From: Gemmatimonadota bacterium
GTDB lineage: Bacteria; Gemmatimonadota; Gemmatimonadetes; Gemmatimonadales; Gemmatimonadaceae
NCBI GenBank assembly: GCA_031372565.1
Contig: JANMLN010000053.1
Span: forward strand, 1-32,282
Reading direction: 5' to 3'
DNA length: 32,282 bases
Below the pieces are notes generated by a model, which saw only the letters and a program-made list of their open reading frames with translations, did no database searches and was not told the DNA's origin. Below are positions 24,764 to 32,282 of this stretch, piece by piece; within the stretch, counting starts at the first letter, position 1; the number at the start of each line of letters is the position of its first letter. A program made the translations under genes and the position numbers.

Positions 24764-26052
24764 GCCGTCAGACCGCGCGGTCGCATGACATCATGGCGCG
24801 TTCCCGCCAGCTCTTTCCTGGCGGCGTCAACTCACCCGTGCGCGCCTTCGGTGGCGTCGGCGGCGAACCGGTGGTGGCGGAGCGCGGCAAGGGCGCTCGC
24901 TTCTGGGATGCCGACGGAAACGAGTACCTCGACTACGTACTCTCCTGGGGGCCACTCGTCCTCGGGCATGCACCGGCCGCCGTCCTCCAGGCGATCGAGC
25001 GCACGATGCAGAACGGGACCTCGTTCGGCATGCCCACGGGACTCGAGGTCCAGCTCGCCGAGCGCGTGATCGAGCGGATGCCGCACGTCGAGATGCTGCG
25101 CTTCGTCTCGAGCGGCACCGAGGCCACGATGAGCGCGGTGCGCGTCGCCCGCGCGATGACGGGCCGCGATTTCATCCTCAAGTTCGACGGCCACTATCAC
25201 GGGCACGCCGACTCGTTCCTCGTGCGCGCGGGCTCCGGCGTCGCCACGCTCGGACTGCCGAATTCGCCCGGGGTGCCGGCGATGCTGGCCGCGTTGACCC
25301 TCACGGCGCCGTTCAACGACCTCGATGCCACGCGGGCCATCGCGCGCGGACACGCGCCGCAGCTCGCCGCCATCATTGTCGAGCCGGTGTGCGGGAACTG
25401 CGGATTCATTCCGCCCGAGCCCGGTTTTCTCGACGGGCTCCGGGAGCTCGCCGACGAGACGGGCGCGCTGCTCATCTTCGACGAAGTCATGACCGGTTTC
25501 CGCGTTGCGTACGGCGGAGCCGTCGAGGCGTTCGGCGTGACGCCCGACCTCACGACCCTCGGCAAGGTCATCGGTGGCGGACTGCCGGTCGCCGCGTACG
25601 GCGGGCGCGCCGAGATCATGAAGCAGGTCGCGCCAGCCGGCTCGGTGTATCAGGCCGGCACCCTGTCGGGCAACCCGCTGGCGATGGCGGCTGGCATGGC
25701 CACGCTCGACGCGCTCACGCCGGCGGTGCATCGGGCCATCGTCCAGCAGACGGACCGCCTCGTGCGCGGCCTGCAGGCGATCGCGGACCAGAAGGGCGTA
25801 CCCTTCAGCGCGGCGCACGTCGGGAGCATGTGGGGCTTCTTCTTCCTGGGCCGATCGCCGCGCAATTTCGGCGAGGCGAAGGCGGCGGATGTCGCCCTGT
25901 TCCGTCGCTTCTTCCACGCGGCGCGTGAACGAGGGGTCTACCTCGCCCCGTCGCAATTCGAGGCGGCGTTCATGTCGTCGGCGCACGGAGCGCGCGAGAT
26001 TGACGAAACCCTCGACCGACTGGACGGGGCACTGACCGCGGCGATCGCGTAG
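24760..26052 (+). CDS. hemL: Glutamate-1-semialdehyde 2,1-aminomutase
   Basis: PGGVNSPVRAF, SWGPL.LGH, SSGTEATMSA, YHGHAD, FDEVMTGFR, LGKVIGGG and YQAGTLSGNP; ATGA overlap with rimO. Confidence 0.96.
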   Translation: MSRQTARSHDIMARSRQLFPGGVNSPVRAFGGVGGEPVVAERGKGARFWDADGNEYLDYVLSWGPLVLGHAPAAVLQAIERTMQNGTSFGMPTGLEVQLAERVIERMPHVEMLRFVSSGTEATMSAVRVARAMTGRDFILKFDGHYHGHADSFLVRAGSGVATLGLPNSPGVPAMLAALTLTAPFNDLDATRAIARGHAPQLAAIIVEPVCGNCGFIPPEPGFLDGLRELADETGALLIFDEVMTGFRVAYGGAVEAFGVTPDLTTLGKVIGGGLPVAAYGGRAEIMKQVAPAGSVYQAGTLSGNPLAMAAGMATLDALTPAVHRAIVQQTDRLVRGLQAIADQKGVPFSAAHVGSMWGFFFLGRSPRNFGEAKAADVALFRRFFHAARERGVYLAPSQFEAAFMSSAHGAREIDETLDRLDGALTAAIA

Positions 26053-26055
26053 CGG

Positions 26056-27405
26056 ATGCAGGCTGCGCGGCGCCTCCTCCTGCTGGCGCTCGTAGCCAGC
26101 TGTTCGGGAGGCGTACCGCGCCCTGAGGAGCCGGCGGCTCGCTCGACGGTCGGCGGGGTGGTGGCGCCGGAACCTGTGCCGCGCGATTCGATCAGTGTCC
26201 TCATCGAACGTGCGGCCGAGCGCGACCGGGAGTCCAGCGTCCCGCTGGACGAAGCACCGACGGTCGTTCCGGATGGAGGCCGCCGGATCCGCGTCGCGCT
26301 GGGCGTCGCGCGCGGTGAAACGGCGCTCTCGTCCACGGGACCCTGGCGGCTCACCGACGAGAGCGGCGGAACGCTCGCGCGGGTCGCGACCGATGTGACC
26401 TGGCGCATCGAGCAACGGGGGGATCGCGTGCGCGGCATCCAGGGGACGTTGATCACGGCCGCGCGCAGCGGTGGGGCGATCGCCACCCCGGATCCCGGAG
26501 CGGTGCTGCGCTGGGGTGGCCGTCGCTACCGCGGAACGCTTCGCTTCGTGCCCACCGACACGGGGCTGCTGATCGTCAATCACGTGCCGTTCGAACAGTA
26601 TCTGCGCTCGGTTGTCGCTGGGGAGATTGGCAAGCGGACGGAGGCCGAACACGCCGCGGCGGAAGCCCAGGCCGTGGCCGCGCGATCGTACGCCTGGGTC
26701 AAGCTTGGCGCAGGGCGTTCGCGGCCGTTTGATGTCGTGGCGACGGTGCTGGACCAGGTGTACGGTGGCGTGGAGGCCGAGTCGCCCGTGGCCGACGCGG
26801 CGGTACAGTCGACGGCCGGGCTGGTGCTGACCTACGCCGGCCGCGTGGTGAACGCCCCCTACCACGCCGCCTGTGGAGGCACCACCGCCGAGCCGCCCGA
26901 CGTGTGGCGCTCCGGTACCGAACCGTACCTCCGCCGCGTGAGCGATCGGATACCGGGTTCGACGCGCAGTTGGTGCGACATCGCGCCCCGCTTTCGCTGG
27001 AGCACCACGTTCACGGGCGACGAGGTCGAACGGCTCGTGTCGCGCTACCTCGCGAACGGTGCGTCGGTGCGCGTGCGCGGCATCGCCGTCAGCGGGCTCA
27101 CCCCCGGCGGCCGAGCGGCGGGCGTCACCCTCGAGACCTCGCGCGGCCAGATCGAGGCGCGGGGAAACGAGCTGCGGTTTGTGCTGCGAAAGGGCGGGGA
27201 ACTGCTGAACAGCACCTGGGTGGAACTCGAGCCCCGCATGGGGGGCGACGGACAGGTGGACGGCCTCACCGTCCGTGGACGGGGCTACGGTCACGGCGTG
27301 GGGATGTGCCAGTGGGGCGCGATCGGCCGGGCGCGGGGGGGGCAGGACTATCCGGCGATCCTCGCGGCGTACTACCCGGGCACGCAGCTGCGCCGCGTCG
27401 AGTAG
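26056..27405 (+). CDS. SpoIID/LytB domain lipoprotein (lytic transglycosylase-like)
   Basis: Lipobox LVASC, YRG, EQYLRSVV..E, AQAVAARSY, DQVYGG, GYGHGVGMCQWGA and IL..YYPG. Confidence 0.92.
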   Translation: MQAARRLLLLALVASCSGGVPRPEEPAARSTVGGVVAPEPVPRDSISVLIERAAERDRESSVPLDEAPTVVPDGGRRIRVALGVARGETALSSTGPWRLTDESGGTLARVATDVTWRIEQRGDRVRGIQGTLITAARSGGAIATPDPGAVLRWGGRRYRGTLRFVPTDTGLLIVNHVPFEQYLRSVVAGEIGKRTEAEHAAAEAQAVAARSYAWVKLGAGRSRPFDVVATVLDQVYGGVEAESPVADAAVQSTAGLVLTYAGRVVNAPYHAACGGTTAEPPDVWRSGTEPYLRRVSDRIPGSTRSWCDIAPRFRWSTTFTGDEVERLVSRYLANGASVRVRGIAVSGLTPGGRAAGVTLETSRGQIEARGNELRFVLRKGGELLNSTWVELEPRMGGDGQVDGLTVRGRGYGHGVGMCQWGAIGRARGGQDYPAILAAYYPGTQLRRVE

Positions 27406-27488
27406 GACCTCGCGATGCGTGGCGCGCCCCGCGCGCTCACCGCTAGCTTTCGCGCGCCACCACCCGCCCTCCCGCTCTTCTCCCGGTC

Positions 27489-28493
27489 ATGAGCGCACCT
27501 CTTCGGCTCGGCATCGTCGGCACCGGCGCGATCGCGCAACTCGCGCACCTTCCCGTTCTCTCGAAGCTCAAGGGCGCCGAGCTCGTGGCGGTGTGCGACA
27601 ACGACATCGTGAAGGCGCGGGCGTTGGCCGATCGCTTCGGCATCCCGGACGCGTTCTCCGACATCGACGAGCTGCTGGAGTTCGATGCGCTCGATGCGGT
27701 CGTCATCGCCACGCCGAATCACCTGCACGAGCCGCACACGCTCACGGCGCTGTCGCACGGCGTGCACGTGTTGTGCGAGCGTCCGCTGGCGCTCACGCCC
27801 AAGGGGATCGAGCGGATCATCGCCGCATCGCAGCGCGCGGACAAGAAGGTCGTCGTGGGCAACAATCACCGGTTCCGCACCGACGTGCAGGCACTGGCCG
27901 GCTTCCTGCGGGGCGGCGAGCTCGGCAAGCTCACCGGCGTCCGCGCGGGCGCGTATCATCCGCCCGCATCGGTGGCCGGGTGGCGGCGCAACCGTCCGGA
28001 AGCGGGCGGCGGCGCCTTTCTTGAACACGGCTTCACGCAGCTCGATCTCGCGCTCTGGCTGGCCGAGTTCCCGGATCCCGTGCGCGTGAGTGCCTACATG
28101 GACCGTCCGCGCGGCGCCAAGGCGGTCGAGGAGAGCATGCTGGTGGTGCTCGAGTCGGCGGGCGGTATCACCTGTACCTTCGACATTTCGTGGTCGTACG
28201 TGGGGCAGGAAGAGCGCTGGTGGTTCGAGGCGCTCGCCACGCGCGGCAGTGCGCGGCTGGCCCCGCTGCGGGTCAGCAAGGAGATCAACGGGCGTCCTGT
28301 CGACGTGTCACCGGCGGGGGCATCGACGCGCGAGAGTGCGACGCTGCAGAGCTACCGCGCGCAGGACGCACACTTCCTCGCGGTCGTGCACGGAACGTCG
28401 CCCTACAAGCCGCCGACCGACCAACTCGTCCTCCACAAGACCCTCGACGCCATCTACAAGGCGGCGAACGAGGAGAAAGAGATCCGTCTGTGA
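27489..28493 (+). CDS. Gfo/Idh/MocA family oxidoreductase
   Basis: LGIVGTGAIA Rossmann motif, AVVIATPNHLH, HVLCERP and GGGAFL. Confidence 0.9.
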   Translation: MSAPLRLGIVGTGAIAQLAHLPVLSKLKGAELVAVCDNDIVKARALADRFGIPDAFSDIDELLEFDALDAVVIATPNHLHEPHTLTALSHGVHVLCERPLALTPKGIERIIAASQRADKKVVVGNNHRFRTDVQALAGFLRGGELGKLTGVRAGAYHPPASVAGWRRNRPEAGGGAFLEHGFTQLDLALWLAEFPDPVRVSAYMDRPRGAKAVEESMLVVLESAGGITCTFDISWSYVGQEERWWFEALATRGSARLAPLRVSKEINGRPVDVSPAGASTRESATLQSYRAQDAHFLAVVHGTSPYKPPTDQLVLHKTLDAIYKAANEEKEIRL

Positions 28494-29785
28494 GCGGCTC
28501 GCTCTGGCGCGCGGCCGCCTGGCGCGCGCTGGTCGCGACCGCGCTGGTCGCGCGCCACGCGACCGTGGCGGTCGCGCAGCCCGCCGCCGGTGCGCCGAGC
28601 GTGCCCGTCGACACCGGGATCACCGTCGACCTGCTCACGATCGGGCAGGGCGAGTACATCTTCGAGAAGTTCGGGCACAATGCGCTGGTCGTGACCGACC
28701 GCGCCAAGGGAACATCGGTCGCCTACAACTGGGGCGTCTTCGATTTCAACCAACCGAACTTCATCGGCCGCTTTCTCTCCGGTGACACCAAGTACTGGGT
28801 CGCGGCCTTCCCCACGGGCGCGTCGATCGAGTTCTACAAGTCCGGCAACCGGACGGTGGAATCGCAGCGGCTCCGCTTGTCTCCCGCACAGGTGCTCGCG
28901 CTCGTGAACCTGGCCGAGCGCAACCTGCTCGAAGAGAACAAGTACTACCGCTACGATTACTTCCGGGACAATTGCTCGACGCGCGTGCGGGACATGCTCG
29001 ATCAGGTGCTGGGCGGCGCGCTGCGCCGCGCCACCGAGTCGGCGCCCGGCACCGGGTCTTTCCGTTCGCACGTGCAGCGGCTCGTCGAGTCCAACGTGGC
29101 CACATATGCCGGCATCACGCTGGCGCTCGGCCGACGGGCCGACTCCACGCTCTCGCGCTGGGACGAGGCGTTCATCCCGATGAAGTTGCGTGACCAGGTG
29201 CGCGACCTGCAGGTACCCGGCGAGGGCGGCGCGCTCGTGCCGCTGGTGGTGCAGGAGCAGGTGCTGTTCACCGCCACGCGCACGCCGGAACGCGCCGAAC
29301 CGCCGCGCTGGACCGGCGCATTCTTCGCGCTCGGTGCGGTGGTCGCCGCGCTCGTGCTGGCGCTGGCGCGGAGTGCGCCAACGAATCGCGGCGCGCGTGC
29401 AGCGCTCATCACGGTCGGCGCCGGATGGGGAACGCTCACCGGTGTGCTCGGTGTGGTGCTGCTGCTGGCCGCCACCATCACGCGCCATGTGTACTGGCAG
29501 CAGAACGTGTCGCTTGCGCTGCTGCCACCGACCGGACTGCTGTTCGCGCCGCTCTGGTGGCGATGGCTCACGCGCGGGCCGCCCGGGCTGCCGACGACGC
29601 TCGGCTTCGCGGCGTTCCTCGCGCCGCCGATGATTGGAACGCTGCTGGCGTTCGCCGATGGCGGGTGGCGCGGGGCGCTGCCGATCATCGCCTGTGCCCT
29701 GCCCGTACACGCGGCGTTCGTGGCATCGCTCACGCTCGTGGCCGCGCGTGATCGCGTCCGCGCGCTGCGCTTCTCCGCGCGATGA
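28490..29785 (+). CDS. DUF4105 / Lnb-like membrane protein
   Basis: LLTIG, FGHNAL, YNWGVFDF, YRYDYFRDNCSTRVRD and C-terminal TM helices; GTGA overlap at 28490. Confidence 0.8.
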   Translation: MSGSLWRAAAWRALVATALVARHATVAVAQPAAGAPSVPVDTGITVDLLTIGQGEYIFEKFGHNALVVTDRAKGTSVAYNWGVFDFNQPNFIGRFLSGDTKYWVAAFPTGASIEFYKSGNRTVESQRLRLSPAQVLALVNLAERNLLEENKYYRYDYFRDNCSTRVRDMLDQVLGGALRRATESAPGTGSFRSHVQRLVESNVATYAGITLALGRRADSTLSRWDEAFIPMKLRDQVRDLQVPGEGGALVPLVVQEQVLFTATRTPERAEPPRWTGAFFALGAVVAALVLALARSAPTNRGARAALITVGAGWGTLTGVLGVVLLLAATITRHVYWQQNVSLALLPPTGLLFAPLWWRWLTRGPPGLPTTLGFAAFLAPPMIGTLLAFADGGWRGALPIIACALPVHAAFVASLTLVAARDRVRALRFSAR

Positions 29786-31710
29786 TGCGCGCGGTCGGCG
29801 TCGATGTGGGCGGCACCTTCACCGATCTCGTCAGCGTCGGGACCGATGGCACCGTCGAGGCGCGCAAGGTGCTGTCCACCCCCGACGACCAGAGCCGTGG
29901 CGTCGAGGCGGCGCTCGCCGCACTGGCCGCCGATCCCGCCAGCGTGGATCGCGTGGCCCACGGAACCACCGTCGTCACCAACGCGCTCCTCGAGCGGCGC
30001 GGAGCGCGCGTCGTGCTGTGCGCCACGGCCGGCTTCACCGATCTGCTCGAACTGCGCCGGCAGGAGCGCGCGGCGCTCTATGATCTGACGCGGCATCATC
30101 CGCCACCGCTCGTGGCCGCGCTCGACACGATCGGCGTCGCCGAGCGCATGCGCCCCGCCGGTGTCGGTCTCGCGCTCACCCCCGATGCCGTTGCCGACAC
30201 CGTGGCCGCGGTGCGCGCGCGCGCGCCCGAGGCCGTTGCCATCTGCCTGCTGCACGCGTACGCGCATCCCGCGCACGAGTTTGCCCTCACCGCGGCGCTG
30301 CGCGCCGCGTTGCCCGGCGTCGAGATCGTGCCGTCGAGCGACGTGCTCCCCGAGATTCGCGAGTACGAGCGCACATCCACGACGGTGGCCGAGGCCTACG
30401 TGCGCCCGCTCGTGTCGCACTACCTGCGCCGCCTCGGGGAAGCGTTGGCGGCGGGAGGCTATCCCGCTCCCGGCGTGGTGACCTCTGCGGGCGGCGTACT
30501 CCCCGCGTCCGAGGCGGCTCGTCATGGCGCCGCGCTCGCGCTCTCCGGCCCAGCCGGCGGTGTCACGGGCGCGGCACTCGCAGCCAGAGCCGCCGGCTTC
30601 GAGCTCGCGCTCTCGATCGACATCGGCGGGACGAGCGCCGACGTCGGCCTCATCGAAGGTGGCGAACCGCTCGTCGAGCCCGGTGGCGCCGTGGCCGGCG
30701 TCCCGATCGCGCTGCCGCGCGTCCTCGTCGACACCGTCTCGGCGGGCGGCGGCTCGATCGCATGGATCGACGACGGCGGCGCGCTGCGCGTCGGTCCGCG
30801 GTCGGCGGGCGCTCGCCCGGGTCCGGTCGCATTCGGATTGGGCGGCACGGAACCCACCGTCACCGATGCGCATCTCGCGCTCGGCACGATTCACTCTGCG
30901 CGCTTCACGGGTGGCGTGCGCCTCGACCTCGAGGCGGCGCGGGTGGCCATCGCGCGCCTGGCCGATCGTCTCGGCGCGACCCCCGAGCGCACGGCGCAGG
31001 CAATCGTCGCCACGGCCGACGCCGAGATGGCGCGCGCCTTGCGGCGGGTCAGCGTCGAGCGCGGGGTCGATCCGCGACGCGCGGTCCTGGTCGCCTTCGG
31101 CGGCGGTGGCCCGTTGCATGCCTGCGGGCTCGCCGATCGTCTCGGCATGCGCACGGTCCTGGTGCCACCGTGGGCGGGCGTCCTCTCCGCGTTCGGTTTG
31201 GCGGTGGCTGCCGAGCGGCGCGAGGCGATTGCGAGCGTGATGGCCACGACCGATGCGCTCGATGCCGCGACGCTTGCCACACAGCTGAACGCGTTGGCAT
31301 CGGGAGTACGCGATCCGGAGCCGGGCGCGGCGCGCCGCTGGTGGATGCGTGCGCGGTACGTCGGGCAGGGGCATGAACTCGAAGTCCCGTGCACGCCGGG
31401 CGAGAGCGGCGCCGAGCTCGCCGCACGTTTTGCCGAACGGCATCACCAACGCTACGGCTTCACGCTGGACGCACCCGTCGAGTGCGTGAGCGCGCGCCAT
31501 GCGGCCATCGGCGCCGCGCGGTCGGCCGAGTTCGCACGCCGCGGAACGTCGGCGTGGGATCCGTCGCGGCGCGAGGATGATGGCGGCGCCTTCGAGGCCA
31601 CGGTGCGCGGCCCGGCCAGCATCGCGCTCCCCGATGCGACGCTGTACGTGGCGCCCGGGTGGACGGCGCGTGCCCTCGCGACCAGCGGCTGGCTCGTGGA
31701 GCGCACATGA
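29782..31710 (+). CDS. Hydantoinase A / oxoprolinase family subunit
   Basis: [54 protein letters not shown] and [10 protein letters not shown]. Confidence 0.94.
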   Translation: MMRAVGVDVGGTFTDLVSVGTDGTVEARKVLSTPDDQSRGVEAALAALAADPASVDRVAHGTTVVTNALLERRGARVVLCATAGFTDLLELRRQERAALYDLTRHHPPPLVAALDTIGVAERMRPAGVGLALTPDAVADTVAAVRARAPEAVAICLLHAYAHPAHEFALTAALRAALPGVEIVPSSDVLPEIREYERTSTTVAEAYVRPLVSHYLRRLGEALAAGGYPAPGVVTSAGGVLPASEAARHGAALALSGPAGGVTGAALAARAAGFELALSIDIGGTSADVGLIEGGEPLVEPGGAVAGVPIALPRVLVDTVSAGGGSIAWIDDGGALRVGPRSAGARPGPVAFGLGGTEPTVTDAHLALGTIHSARFTGGVRLDLEAARVAIARLADRLGATPERTAQAIVATADAEMARALRRVSVERGVDPRRAVLVAFGGGGPLHACGLADRLGMRTVLVPPWAGVLSAFGLAVAAERREAIASVMATTDALDAATLATQLNALASGVRDPEPGAARRWWMRARYVGQGHELEVPCTPGESGAELAARFAERHHQRYGFTLDAPVECVSARHAAIGAARSAEFARRGTSAWDPSRREDDGGAFEATVRGPASIALPDATLYVAPGWTARALATSGWLVERT

Positions 31711-32282
31711 CCGACGCCACGTTCGATCCGCTCGAACTCTCCGTGTTGTCGCACGCCGTGGCGATGGTCGCGGAGGAGATGGGCAGCGTGCTCGAGCGCG
31801 GCGCCCTCTCGCCCAACATCCGCGAGCGACGCGATGCCTCGTGTGCGCTGTTCGATGCCGATGGGCGCATGGTCGCGCAGGCGGCGCACATCCCCGTGCA
31901 CCTGGGCGCGATGCCCGAGTCGGTGCGCGCCTGCATGGCGCGCGGGCCGAACCCCGGCGACCTGTTTCTGCTCAATGATCCGTATCACGGCGGGTCGCAT
32001 CTGCCCGACCTGACGATGGTGTTGCCCATCGATGACGCCGGCACGATCGTCGGCTACGCCGCGGTGCGTGCGCACCACGCCGACGTCGGCGGCATGAGCC
32101 CCGGCTCGATGCCGCAGGGCGCGACGGAACTGTTTCAGGAAGGACTGATCGTGCCACCGGTGCGTCTCGCGCGCGGTGGCGTGCTCGATGAGGAGCTGCT
32201 CGCGCTCGTGCTCGCCAACGTGCGCACGCCGGCCGAGCGGCGTGGCGACCTCGCGGCGCAGCGCGCGGCCTGCGAGGCGGGG
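31707..32282 (+). CDS. Hydantoinase B / oxoprolinase family subunit (partial, runs off the window edge)
   Basis: Translated by hand from ATG 31707: [63 protein letters not shown]. Confidence 0.92.
   Translation, partial: MTDATFDPLELSVLSHAVAMVAEEMGSVLERGALSPNIRERRDASCALFDADGRMVAQAAHIPVHLGAMPESVRACMARGPNPGDLFLLNDPYHGGSHLPDLTMVLPIDDAGTIVGYAAVRAHHADVGGMSPGSMPQGATELFQEGLIVPPVRLARGGVLDEELLALVLANVRTPAERRGDLAAQRAACEAG

Overview
A GC-rich bacterial chromosomal window; the gene set and order look like Gemmatimonadota, which is an inference. Both ends carry housekeeping genes. On the left are a partial AAA-type ATPase, GDPD, thpR, an NtrC-type regulator, an aldehyde dehydrogenase, lepB, a sigma70 factor and yajQ. 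On the right are a GNAT, a GH1-like protein, rimO, hemL, a SpoIID/LytB lipoprotein, a Gfo/Idh/MocA protein, a DUF4105/Lnb-like protein and hydantoinase/oxoprolinase A and B. Between yajQ (8003-8503) and the GNAT (21497-21970) lies a ~13 kb copper-related accessory region with no integrase or transposase. It contains a TonB-dependent receptor with a Met-rich linker, then a chimeric scar (GNAT 5' end fused to a diverged yajQ 3' end), then copC-copD-CopB-type ATPase, facing a convergent cusCBA-like operon. The layout reads as two alternative yajQ-[cargo]-GNAT cassettes joined in tandem at a microhomology. The cus operon is headed by a small exported Met/Cys/His-rich ORF with a Pro-rich C-terminus, followed by a structured spacer that pairs the downstream ribosome-binding site. 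This resembles the CutF/CruR (DUF2946) copper-sensing ribosome-stalling leaders but here controls an RND pump. All calls come from motifs read by eye; no database searches were run.
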